Positions 49,532 to 59,185 of a DNA stretch of 64,000 nucleotides are shown here, in pieces; positions within the stretch are counted from its first letter, which is position 1, and the number at the start of each line of letters is the position of its first letter. A program made the position numbers and the translations under genes. Where the stretch lies: NCBI GenBank assembly GCA_044440125.1, contig JBITAJ010000012.1:1-64000 (forward strand). The letters are read 5' to 3'. This stretch comes from Sedimentisphaeraceae bacterium JB056. GTDB taxonomy: Bacteria; Planctomycetota; Phycisphaerae; Sedimentisphaerales; Sedimentisphaeraceae. Under the pieces are notes generated by a model, which was not told where the DNA came from, ran no database searches, and worked only from the letters and a program-made list of their open reading frames with translations.

Positions 49532-50164
49532 ATGATCAAAATCAAAGATAACGCAACGATTGTATTTGCCGGTGACAGTATAACTCATGGTTTTTCATCT
49601 ATTGAGGAATATAAACCTTACGGCAAGGGATTTGTTGATTTCGTTGCAAATATACTGTTAGCGCAGAATTATAAAAGTAATCTTAAAATATACAATGCCG
49701 GTATCGGTGGAAATACAACAAGTGAGCTGCTTGAAAGATGGCAGAAAGATGTACTTGATCTGGAGCCGGACATTGTGGTATTGCTTATTGGAGTTAATGA
49801 TGTGCTTCGTAAGTATGAAGAAGACAGGTCTGATGAGAGCGTATCTGTTGATCAATGCCAGAGCAATATAAAATTCATGCTTGATACGCTGGTCAAGAAT
49901 AATGTTCAAGTAGTACTTATGCAGCCGTTTATGTTTGTCAAAGATAATTATGATCAACGATTTTCAGATATATTAAGATATGGTGATAGAATAAAAGAAC
50001 TTGCTGAAAATTATTCCGACATAACTTTTATCCCGATGCAGGAAATCATAACGAAAGAGTTTGAAGATATTGACATGGCTGATGTGAGCTATGATTCAAT
50101 TCATCCGCATCGTTGGGCCCACTGTTGGTTGGGATTGGAATTGTTGAAATATTTTACGAAATAG
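49532..50164 (+). CDS. SGNH/GDSL hydrolase (probable carbohydrate esterase)
   Basis: Motifs GDSIT, NAGIGG, IGVND and DSIHP. GAGGTG RBS. Confidence 0.9.
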   Translation: MIKIKDNATIVFAGDSITHGFSSIEEYKPYGKGFVDFVANILLAQNYKSNLKIYNAGIGGNTTSELLERWQKDVLDLEPDIVVLLIGVNDVLRKYEEDRSDESVSVDQCQSNIKFMLDTLVKNNVQVVLMQPFMFVKDNYDQRFSDILRYGDRIKELAENYSDITFIPMQEIITKEFEDIDMADVSYDSIHPHRWAHCWLGLELLKYFTK

Positions 50165-50190
50165 AACTCAAAGACCAATTGGAGAGATTA

Positions 50191-51945
50191 ATGAATAAAC
50201 GTAGATATATCCTATTATTTATGCTTTTCTTTTGTACTGTTTTGAAAGCAGAAAGTTTTAAGGTAGGTTTTGCCAACTCATTGCAAAAACTGCGAGGCGA
50301 TAGAACAGCAGTTAAAGATGTTGTCTATAAAGATAGCGTTTATCTTGATATGGCAAGAGATGAGAGTGAATCATTTCAGCTTGTAGTTGTGCCTCAGAAT
50401 TCAGAACTGAAAAATATAAAGGTGAACTTGAATCCTGTTATTATGGGAAGCGATAAACTTAAGACCCGCTGGCATATTGTTAATTATGTAAAGACTTCTA
50501 ACCCTTCATATCCAACACCTTATGTTGGCTTGTGGCCCGATGTTCTGATGCCTGCAGCAAACTTTGATGTTGCTGCTGATGAAGTGCAGCCATTATGGTT
50601 CAGCGTCATAAGCGATCCGCAAACTCCTGCAGGAGTGTATAATGGAAGCATAGAGATAAGTGATGGAAAGACGACTGAAATTGTTGAGCTTGTGGTAAAC
50701 GTTCGTAATTTTACAATACCAAGGCCTGGTACACTGGCTACGCCGTTCGGTCTTTATAAATGGACTCTCGAAGAATGGTATTACGGCAAACGAGGTACTC
50801 TGGCCAAGGAAGACTTTATGCGATGGTGTGAGTTTCTCGCGGAGTACAGGTTGACGGTTAAGAATATCGGCTATGAGTATGTTGAGAAAAAATACGCGGA
50901 CGTTGACGGGGAGAAAAAACTTGTCGGTGTGGATATGTCAAAACTCAACCCTGAGCTTAAGAGATTATCCAATGAATATTTTGCACCATACTCTTACGGA
51001 CTTTACCGGCTGCAATCGGGCCCGACAGTTGAAAAAGGGATGGAGGCCCAGGCATCGTGGTGTACGCCTGAAAATATCGCTGCTCCGGTCAAACTTCATT
51101 TTGACCAGTGGCAAAAGCAGGGTTTTAATGATGAGGTATACATTTATGGAGTTGATGAAGCTACTAATGGCGATATGTACGAGTTGATCAAAGATACTTA
51201 TGCTCTCATCAAAAAGGATATTCCGAATTCAAAAATCATGCAGACCGGACTTTGCAATAAGCCGGAAATGGTTGGTTTGATAGATATATGGTGTCCTAAA
51301 AACGAGATAGCATGGGCCCCGTTCTTTCAGGAGCGGCTCAAAGCCGGTGATACTTTATGGATGTATGTGTGCTGTTCGCCGGTGCCGCCGTATCCTAATC
51401 TCCTTGTAGATGAACCGGCGGTGCATCACCGTGTGCTCTTCTGGCAGACAAGGCAGATTGGCGCAACGGGTTTTCTTTACTGGTCAACTCTTTGGCATGC
51501 GGGTATAGAGGACAAGCCATATACGGATAAGCCGGCGTTTCCCGAAAGAATGTGGGATTATGGAGAGTCTAATATGTATTCGGATGTGTGGGTGCATGTC
51601 AATGGCGACGGGTTGTTAGTTTATCCGGGTAAGAACCTTACCCCGCTGCCTTCAATCAGGCTTGAAATTGTGCGTGACGGTATAGAAGACTACGAATATA
51701 TGGTGATACTTGAAAAACTTGTCGCTGAAGTAAGTGCACTGGAAAAATATCAAACTAAAGGGACTGCTTCACTTATCGCAAGAGCAAAAGAGCTTTCACA
51801 GGTGCCGGATTTTATTTCGAGCAGCGCCCTCAAGTATACTGAAGAGCCTCTGGTTCTTTTCGAAAGACGTCGCGAGATTGCGGATATGATCGAACAGTTC
51901 AAAGATATTCTTGAAAATAAAGACTACACAAACTGGAAGATGTAA
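50191..51945 (+). CDS. Secreted DUF4091 / GH123-like glycoside hydrolase
   Basis: Motifs ARDESESFQL, WPDVL, YGVDE, DIWCP, WMYVC, GFLYW, GDGLLVYP and SIRLEIVRDGIEDYEY. Confidence 0.8.
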   Translation: MNKRRYILLFMLFFCTVLKAESFKVGFANSLQKLRGDRTAVKDVVYKDSVYLDMARDESESFQLVVVPQNSELKNIKVNLNPVIMGSDKLKTRWHIVNYVKTSNPSYPTPYVGLWPDVLMPAANFDVAADEVQPLWFSVISDPQTPAGVYNGSIEISDGKTTEIVELVVNVRNFTIPRPGTLATPFGLYKWTLEEWYYGKRGTLAKEDFMRWCEFLAEYRLTVKNIGYEYVEKKYADVDGEKKLVGVDMSKLNPELKRLSNEYFAPYSYGLYRLQSGPTVEKGMEAQASWCTPENIAAPVKLHFDQWQKQGFNDEVYIYGVDEATNGDMYELIKDTYALIKKDIPNSKIMQTGLCNKPEMVGLIDIWCPKNEIAWAPFFQERLKAGDTLWMYVCCSPVPPYPNLLVDEPAVHHRVLFWQTRQIGATGFLYWSTLWHAGIEDKPYTDKPAFPERMWDYGESNMYSDVWVHVNGDGLLVYPGKNLTPLPSIRLEIVRDGIEDYEYMVILEKLVAEVSALEKYQTKGTASLIARAKELSQVPDFISSSALKYTEEPLVLFERRREIADMIEQFKDILENKDYTNWKM

Positions 51946-52982
51946 TGCAGATAAAAAGACTAAATAGAGAACAGGTGCGCGCAGCGATAAAATTTCAGTC
52001 GCCCTCAAGACCTCCTATCGCCCATGCTCTGACTTTTGAACCGGAATTATGGGCGAAGTATCCGGAGCAGCTTGACCGTATCAAAAGAGATTATCCCGAT
52101 GATATATCTTTTCACAATGTACATGTTGACTACTGGCAGGCTCCGGTGGATAAGCCATTTTATCGATGGGCCTTTGGCGGTAAGCAGAAACCGGCCGGTA
52201 CTGCTATAGACAGCTGCCCGGTGATAGAAGACTGGAATGATCTGGATCAGTTTATAAGTGAAATGCCGTCGCCTTTGGATGATAAGCCTTACGACGAAGT
52301 AAGACGGCTTGCCAATCAAAATCCTGACGATTATATATTGATTAGCTTTGGACATTATTTCAATCAGAAGTTTGCTTCCTTTCGAGGTATTGAAAATCTT
52401 TTGATGGATTTTTATGACAGTAAACATGAATTGCAAAGACTTCTTGAAGCGATTCTCGGTTATTACCAGGTGCTTGCCGAGCGCGTTGCCAAAGCCGGGG
52501 CTAACGGGATTTATGGCGGTGAAGATTTGGGTACGCAGAGAAGCTTGTTTATGTCGCCGCAAATTTTTCGTGAGGTATATAAACCATATTACATTCGCTT
52601 TGCCGAGATACTCCATGCTAACGGACTTGATTTTTGGCTGCATAGTTGCGGTAATATCACTGAGATAATACCTGATCTGATAGAGGCCGGTGTTGATGTA
52701 CTGCATCCGATACAGGTTGGTACGATGGATGATGAGCAGATAGTCAAAGATTATTCCGGTAAGATTTGTTTCCATGTAGGTATGGATGTTCAGAATCTTA
52801 TACCTTTTGCTACCGTGCAGGAAGTACGTGAGGGAATACGAAAGCGGGCCTTCAATTTCTATCGTCCTGACGGCGGTGTTATTTATGCTGCCGGAAATGT
52901 CATAACCGATGGTACGCCGCTGGAGAATATCGAAGCTTACGCACAAGAGCTGTTTTATTTTGTGGAGGCGCACACAAAATGA
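51945..52982 (+). CDS. UROD / MtaA-CmuA-like family protein
   Basis: Motifs RGIENLLMD, EDLGTQ, LHSCG, DVLHPIQ, GMDVQ and PLENI. Confidence 0.85.
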   Translation: MQIKRLNREQVRAAIKFQSPSRPPIAHALTFEPELWAKYPEQLDRIKRDYPDDISFHNVHVDYWQAPVDKPFYRWAFGGKQKPAGTAIDSCPVIEDWNDLDQFISEMPSPLDDKPYDEVRRLANQNPDDYILISFGHYFNQKFASFRGIENLLMDFYDSKHELQRLLEAILGYYQVLAERVAKAGANGIYGGEDLGTQRSLFMSPQIFREVYKPYYIRFAEILHANGLDFWLHSCGNITEIIPDLIEAGVDVLHPIQVGTMDDEQIVKDYSGKICFHVGMDVQNLIPFATVQEVREGIRKRAFNFYRPDGGVIYAAGNVITDGTPLENIEAYAQELFYFVEAHTK

Positions 52983-54205
52983 CATCAAGGGAACGGGTTT
53001 TACGAAGTATAGAATTCAAGAGTGTGGACAGGCTTGCCAAGGACCTTGGCGGTATGGCATCGACGGGAATAAGTGCGTTCGCTTATCCGAGGCTTGTCGA
53101 AAAGCTTGGACTTGCCTATCGCAGGCCAAAAGTTCATGATGTAGGTCAGATGCTGGCTATGCCGGATATGGATGTTCTCGATGCGTTGGGTTGTGATGTG
53201 GTAACGGTTTTTCATGGCGTGACCAACGCTTTTGAACAGGATGAGAAATGGCACGATTATGATTTTGGAGGCAGGCTCAAGGCAAAGATTCGTGATGCCT
53301 CTATGTTTGAAGTTTTATCTGACGGTACGATTGAATGTAAAACTCAAAAGTCAAAAATGCCTCCCGCTTCGACCGTTTTCGATACCGAACACGGCGGCCA
53401 GTCTGTATGTCTTTCCGGAGATATACCCAAACCAGATCTTGATCAGTTGCGGGAGCAGTTGAATAAGAGTTTCCCTTCCGAGTCGCAAATAGAGGAGACT
53501 GCTTCTCTTTGCCGAATGGTAAGACAAAGTACCGATAAGGCGGTCTTTTTTAACGGCCCGATTTACAGCGGACTTGGTATATGCTCTTTCGGCGGGATGG
53601 GTATTTTCCCGATGCTGTGTATGCTCGAACCTGAGTTCGTCAAAGAGTTGCATGGTATTATTGCTGATAACGCGACCACTATAATACATAAAATGCTTCC
53701 TGCCATAAAGAATGATATTGATATTTTATTGTTCGGTTCCGATGACTGGGGTACGCAGAATTCTCTTATCGCTCCGCCGGAGGTTTACAGGGAATTGTTT
53801 CTGCCGTTCCTCAAGCGAATGAACAGCGAGATAAAATCTATAGCTCCCGATCTTAAAATATTTCTGCATAGCTGCGGCAATATAATTGATATACTGCCGA
53901 TGATAATCGAAGCAGGGTTTGATGTGCTCAATCCCGTGCAATGGTCAACGACCGGTCAAGGCAGTTATGTTAAGTGGAAAGAAAAGACTCACGGCCGCAT
54001 CGCGTTATGGGGCGGCGGGGTAAATTCCCAGCATACTCTTCCTTTGGGAACAGTGGATGATATAGAACGTCAGGTAAGAGAAACCGTAAAATGTTTCTCT
54101 GATGGCAGCGGTTATATATTTGCTAACACACATAATATATTGTCAGAGATAGAACCCGAAAAAATAACGGCTATGTATAAAACGGCTGAAGAAATTAAGA
54201 TTTAA
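52979..54205 (+). CDS. UROD / MtaA-CmuA-like family protein
   Basis: Motifs MTSRERV, DDWGTQ, LHSCG, DVLNPVQ, WGGGVNSQ and THNI. Confidence 0.85.
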   Translation: MTSRERVLRSIEFKSVDRLAKDLGGMASTGISAFAYPRLVEKLGLAYRRPKVHDVGQMLAMPDMDVLDALGCDVVTVFHGVTNAFEQDEKWHDYDFGGRLKAKIRDASMFEVLSDGTIECKTQKSKMPPASTVFDTEHGGQSVCLSGDIPKPDLDQLREQLNKSFPSESQIEETASLCRMVRQSTDKAVFFNGPIYSGLGICSFGGMGIFPMLCMLEPEFVKELHGIIADNATTIIHKMLPAIKNDIDILLFGSDDWGTQNSLIAPPEVYRELFLPFLKRMNSEIKSIAPDLKIFLHSCGNIIDILPMIIEAGFDVLNPVQWSTTGQGSYVKWKEKTHGRIALWGGGVNSQHTLPLGTVDDIERQVRETVKCFSDGSGYIFANTHNILSEIEPEKITAMYKTAEEIKI

Positions 54206-54225
54206 AATTGTTAAGAGGCTTTAAG

Positions 54226-55353
54226 ATGACAAACAGAGAAAGATTATTGACAGTACTTAGAGGCGATATACCCGACTGCGTACCGGTATGTCCCGACATA
54301 TCGAATATGATTCCCTGCCGCCTTACGGGCAAGCCGTATTGGGATGTTTATCTCAAGAACAATCCTCCGCTCTGGAAGGCTCATATAAATGCATTGAAAT
54401 ATTTCAACCTCGACGGTGGGTTTGAGATGTATCGTTATCCCGACCCGCTCGGTGATGCTCCGAAATATGAAACAAGAATACTCAAACGTGAAGACGGCAA
54501 AATCATAACGAGGGATTATTACACTGAGAAGCAGGAATGGGCAAAATATCTCTGGGTTTATTATGAGAATGAGGCGCCCGCTGCTTATGTCAAACCTGCA
54601 ACAGTAGGGCTGCCCGAGGTGCCGCAACAATGGGAGCAAATAGATAATCCTGTAGAGTGGCCTGATGGAATGGAGCTGTGGCGTATCATACGAAAAGAGA
54701 TGGGAGAGCAGGGATTGATGGGTATGCCTTCGGGTATGCATACGTGTTTGCTTAACACTGCCGATGATGTGTATGAGTATTATGATAATCCCGGCAAGTA
54801 TCACAAGATGGCCGAGGATATGCTTGCACTTTCACTGAGCAGGATCGAGAGGATATCCAAGTTTCCAGTAGAGGATCGTCCGGACTTTATTGCCTGTGGA
54901 GCATCCGGTTCGCTTGTTCTTCAGACGCCCACAATATTCAGGGAGCTGATCTTGCCGATGCTCAAAGAGGTAACCAAAGCGGCAAAGAATATCGGTCTGC
55001 CCACACAGGTTCATTCCTGTGGCCCTGAGACGGCACTTGTCAAAATGGCCGCCGAAGAGACCGACCTTACTGTAATAGATCCACTTGAGATTGCTCCGAT
55101 GGGAGACTGTACGCTTGCGGACCTCAAGAAAGAGTTTGGCGACAAGATCGTTCTCAAAGGCAATCTTCATACTACTGACGTAATGCTTTACGGCAGCGTG
55201 CAGGAAGTTAAGGACGCGGCAAAGAAGGCGATTGATGACGCGGCAGAAGGTGGACGTTTTATCCTGTCCACCGGCGACCAGTGCGGCAGGGACACACCTT
55301 TCGAAAATATCGAGGCGATGGTGGAAGTAGCCAGAACATACGGCAAATATTAA
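54226..55353 (+). CDS. UROD / MtaA-CmuA-like family protein
   Basis: Motifs MTNRERL...PDCVP, VHSCG, IDPLE, LKGNL and FILSTGDQCGRDTPFENI. Confidence 0.85.
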   Translation: MTNRERLLTVLRGDIPDCVPVCPDISNMIPCRLTGKPYWDVYLKNNPPLWKAHINALKYFNLDGGFEMYRYPDPLGDAPKYETRILKREDGKIITRDYYTEKQEWAKYLWVYYENEAPAAYVKPATVGLPEVPQQWEQIDNPVEWPDGMELWRIIRKEMGEQGLMGMPSGMHTCLLNTADDVYEYYDNPGKYHKMAEDMLALSLSRIERISKFPVEDRPDFIACGASGSLVLQTPTIFRELILPMLKEVTKAAKNIGLPTQVHSCGPETALVKMAAEETDLTVIDPLEIAPMGDCTLADLKKEFGDKIVLKGNLHTTDVMLYGSVQEVKDAAKKAIDDAAEGGRFILSTGDQCGRDTPFENIEAMVEVARTYGKY

Positions 55354-55368
55354 ATGAAAGAGGTGTAA

Positions 55369-57168
55369 ATGAATAAGCTGCTGTTTAATTTCATAACCAT
55401 AGTAATGATCAGTACGAGTTGTTTGCAGGCTTCGTATAAAATTGCTTATGCCGATTCCATGACTAAGATCCGTATGGAGAAAGAGTATGCATCCGATCTT
55501 CCGATCGTTTCGGATATTGATGTTGATATGGCGGCTAATGAAAGTGAATCTTTCCAGCTTGTCATAATACCCGACGACTCAAATATTGAAGAAGTGTTTG
55601 TCAACTTTGAGAATACGACTTTTGATGCCGATGAACTGGCTATTGAATATTTCAAGGTCGGCTATGTGAAAACCGGTAAGCCGAAAAAGTACGATCCGTT
55701 ATATGTCGGTTACTGGCCGGACAGACTTATGCCCGTTGACACCTTTGATGTCAAAAGTGAAAATGTTGCGGTTTTGTGGTTTAAGATTACCACTAATAAA
55801 AATATACGCAGGGGCAGTTATAAAACTGATATAAGGATAACGAGTGCCCGGCAGAGCGATCTTGTAGAGTTGAATGTTAAGGTGAGAGATTTTGTCATAC
55901 CTGAAAAGGGAACATTTGCGGCTCCGTTCGGATTGTATCTGCCGTATATTTCTAAATGGTATTTTTCTGACGAAGATTATATAGGCAACATTACTCCCGA
56001 GCAATACGGTCAAATGTGCGAATCGCTTTACGAATACCGGCTTACTCCCAAGAATATAGGCTATGAATATGTTCACAGAAAAATCGGCGACCAAGTGCTG
56101 CCGCAAGCCGGAGCTAATGCCGGCCGGATCTTTGTTCATAAGGATATGAGCAAACCGATCAGTGTTGATATGGAGAGCCTGCAAAAGACCATCGGTCGGC
56201 TTGGCGATCAATTCCCGGATTATTCGTATGGAATCTATCGTTTGCCGCCGTATGAAGAGCTGCTTAAAGACGCCGATATTACTAACGGTCAACGAGATAC
56301 TTCCAGAGAAAATCTTGACAATTTGGTTCTGCCGGCTCTCGCCCATATAAAAGAATGGAAGAAGCAGAACTTGTCTTCGGTCGGATATATCTACGGGGTT
56401 GATGAGCCGCGGGAGTTTCATTTGGGTTTTTTGAAGGAGCTTTATACGAAGATCAAGGCCGAATTACCGGATGTGAAAATTCTGCAGGTGATTTCAACGG
56501 GAGACCCAAGCAAACTTGAAGGTTTGGTTGATATCTGGTGCCCATTGACAATCTTGCTCCATAGGGAATACGATTTTTTCCAGAAACGAGTTGCGGCAGG
56601 CGACATGCTTTGGACGTATGTCTGCTGCTGGCCTGAACCGCCGTTTGCAAACTTTTTCATTGATGAACCAGGTATAGATCACAGGGCATTGTTCTGGCAG
56701 GCTCAAAAGGCCGGAGCTACAGGGCTTCTATACTGGAGTGTTGCGTGGTTCGAAGGGCTTGAGGAACTTAAAGCTCCCGATGGGATAACCCTCAAAGAGC
56801 CTGTCGATATGACCAAGCACGAGATGTATGGCCGATCTAAAGTAAACGGTGACGGTTTGCTCTTGTATCCCGCTGAAAATTTTCAATTCAATCCGTCGAT
56901 ACGTCTTGAAATAATAAAAGACGGCATTGAAGACTGTGAATATTTTTCCCTTCTGAAAGCGTTGGTTCAGGAAGTAGAAAATATAAAAAGTCTTGATCAG
57001 GAAGATGCGGCCCGTCTTTCTCAGGCGAGGAAACTTATTGCCGTGCCTGATGATATAGTTGAAGATATGATTAATCATACTTCCCGTTCTAATGATATAA
57101 CAGATCATCGAAGAAAAATAGCCGATGCAATCGAAAGCTTAATGAAGATAAAAGAAAAGAGAAAGTAA
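55369..57168 (+). CDS. Secreted DUF4091 / GH123-like glycoside hydrolase (paralog of 50191)
   Basis: Motifs ANESESFQL, YGVDEP, DIWCP, WTYVC, GLLYW, NGDGLLLYP and SIRLEIIKDGIED. Confidence 0.8.
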   Translation: MNKLLFNFITIVMISTSCLQASYKIAYADSMTKIRMEKEYASDLPIVSDIDVDMAANESESFQLVIIPDDSNIEEVFVNFENTTFDADELAIEYFKVGYVKTGKPKKYDPLYVGYWPDRLMPVDTFDVKSENVAVLWFKITTNKNIRRGSYKTDIRITSARQSDLVELNVKVRDFVIPEKGTFAAPFGLYLPYISKWYFSDEDYIGNITPEQYGQMCESLYEYRLTPKNIGYEYVHRKIGDQVLPQAGANAGRIFVHKDMSKPISVDMESLQKTIGRLGDQFPDYSYGIYRLPPYEELLKDADITNGQRDTSRENLDNLVLPALAHIKEWKKQNLSSVGYIYGVDEPREFHLGFLKELYTKIKAELPDVKILQVISTGDPSKLEGLVDIWCPLTILLHREYDFFQKRVAAGDMLWTYVCCWPEPPFANFFIDEPGIDHRALFWQAQKAGATGLLYWSVAWFEGLEELKAPDGITLKEPVDMTKHEMYGRSKVNGDGLLLYPAENFQFNPSIRLEIIKDGIEDCEYFSLLKALVQEVENIKSLDQEDAARLSQARKLIAVPDDIVEDMINHTSRSNDITDHRRKIADAIESLMKIKEKRK

Positions 57169-57169
57169 T

Positions 57170-59161
57170 ATGGATTTTAACGCAGGATTAACTGATAGAT
57201 TTTCTACGGGCTGTAACTACTGGGCTTCACATGCCGGGTTGTTTATGTGGAGCAGATGGGACGAGGCAATAGTTGAGGCAGACTTTAAGCTTCTAAGCGA
57301 AAAGGGGCTGAAGACTTTGCGGGTCTTTCCGCTCTGGCCCGATTTTCAGCCGCTCAACGTTCTTTACGGCGAGTTTGGAGCGGCCAAGGAAGTTCGCCGC
57401 GGCGAGAGAAGACTTGATAGTTCGAGTCCTGAATCAGTTGCCTGTGTTGATCCTATTATGGTAGATCGTTTTGAGAAAATGTGCGAGCTGGCCGGAGAGT
57501 ATGGCCTTGAGCTTACCGTTATGCTGCTCACCGGCTGGATGAGCGGCAGACAGTTCAAGCCTGCTCCTCTCAATGACCGCAACATATATTCCAATCCGTT
57601 CGCCCTTAAGTGGCAGGTTCGGTTCGTGAAATATTTTGTGGAAAGGTTCAGGTCGCACAAGTGTATTGTGGGCTGGGGGCTTGGCAACGAGAGCAATATA
57701 ATGAGTACCTGTGATGACCCTGATACCGCTTATAGCTGGACGGCTCTTATATCCAACACGATCAAGGCCGCCGATCCTGAGCGGCCGGTAATTTCCGGAA
57801 TGCACGGACTCAGCGTTGACGGCAGCGGGCTGGGTTGGAAGATATCCGATCAGGGGGAACTTGTTGATATCGTTACAACCCATCCCTATGCCTTGTTTGT
57901 TAAACATCTTGATGGTGATAAGCTGCTAAGCATAAGAAATACAATGCATATTGCTGCGGAGTCAACGCTTTATTCCGATCTTACCGGCAAGCCGTGTATG
58001 AGCGAGGAACTTGGTGATCTTGGGACCAATCTTCTTGATCCACAATCCTCAAAAACGTTTCTAAATACTTGTCTTTTATCAGGTTGGGCTAATAATAACC
58101 TTGGTCTTTTATGGTGGTGTGCTTTTGAGCAGCGGCATCTTGACGATGCTCCTTACGATTGGTTTGCTTTTGAACAGGAGCTTGGTATTTTTAGTGCCGA
58201 TGGTAAGCCTAAGCCTACTTATTCAGCTTTTGAGAATTTTCACTCATTCCTCAGTTCTTTGCCGCCTCAGTTGCGAAAGCTTCCGCCGCGAAAACGCGAT
58301 GCCGTTTGCCTTCTCAGCAGAGGGCAGGATAACTGGGCTGCCGCTTTATCAACTTTTGTCCTTGCTAAACAGGCAGGTTTTGACGTACAGTTTGTTACAG
58401 AGGAGAATATACTTCCCGATGCTGAACTATATATGCTGCCGTCACTTTGCGGTTATGGTCCGGTATCTAAGTTTATGTATAAACAATTGCTTGATAAAGT
58501 GGAAGCTGGTGCAAGCTTATATATAAGCTCTTTTGATGCTTTACTGCCTAATCTCAGTGAGTATGCAGGTGTGAAAGTGATTTCAAGGAGTAAGTGGAAT
58601 TGTGAAGGCAGTATCAAGCTTGACGATGGTACCTCTATTAGACTGCCTGATGAGATGACCATGCAGCAGTGGCATAGAGAGGGCGGCTTCTTTGCTGATG
58701 CCAGCCAGTATTCTCTTGAACTGGAACCGGTTGGAGCTGAAGTGCTTGCAGATGATGAGAACGGTAATCCTATTTTAACTTGTAATAAATACGGCAAAGG
58801 TTTTGTATATTTCCTTAACTTTGGATTGGAAGTTATACTTGCCAAGACGTCTTTTGCTTTTGAAAACAATATGGACGATTTCTTTAAGCTTTATCAAAAA
58901 ATAAGTGGTAAGGCTTTGTCGCAAAGAGCTGCTCTTAAGAGTGAAAATCAGAAAGGACTGGCTATCTCAGAGTTTGTTATTAATGAGGAAGTGGTATGCG
59001 TAGGCGTTAACCACTATTGCTGTAAGATTGAAGGAAAACTTGACTTGCAGAACGATTTTAAGCTGGTTAAGTCTTTTGGTGGCGAGGTTAAGTCTTTTGG
59101 TGACAGGTGTTTATCTTACAGGCTGGATAAAGGGAAGGCTTTTGTTGCGATTTTAAGTTGA
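57170..59161 (+). CDS. Cytoplasmic clan GH-A glycoside hydrolase (GH5/GH42-like)
   Basis: GCNYWASHAG, LRVFPLW, acid/base WGLGNE, putative nucleophile SEELG, and LWWCAF, with a C-terminal GH42-like accessory domain. Confidence 0.8.
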   Translation: MDFNAGLTDRFSTGCNYWASHAGLFMWSRWDEAIVEADFKLLSEKGLKTLRVFPLWPDFQPLNVLYGEFGAAKEVRRGERRLDSSSPESVACVDPIMVDRFEKMCELAGEYGLELTVMLLTGWMSGRQFKPAPLNDRNIYSNPFALKWQVRFVKYFVERFRSHKCIVGWGLGNESNIMSTCDDPDTAYSWTALISNTIKAADPERPVISGMHGLSVDGSGLGWKISDQGELVDIVTTHPYALFVKHLDGDKLLSIRNTMHIAAESTLYSDLTGKPCMSEELGDLGTNLLDPQSSKTFLNTCLLSGWANNNLGLLWWCAFEQRHLDDAPYDWFAFEQELGIFSADGKPKPTYSAFENFHSFLSSLPPQLRKLPPRKRDAVCLLSRGQDNWAAALSTFVLAKQAGFDVQFVTEENILPDAELYMLPSLCGYGPVSKFMYKQLLDKVEAGASLYISSFDALLPNLSEYAGVKVISRSKWNCEGSIKLDDGTSIRLPDEMTMQQWHREGGFFADASQYSLELEPVGAEVLADDENGNPILTCNKYGKGFVYFLNFGLEVILAKTSFAFENNMDDFFKLYQKISGKALSQRAALKSENQKGLAISEFVINEEVVCVGVNHYCCKIEGKLDLQNDFKLVKSFGGEVKSFGDRCLSYRLDKGKAFVAILS

Positions 59162-59185
59162 AAAATAAAATCAGCCTAAAACTTT

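Noticed and set aside
52047..52988. 313-aa antisense ORF (likewise 55699-56421)
   Set aside because: Antisense shadows of the UROD-family and DUF4091 genes.
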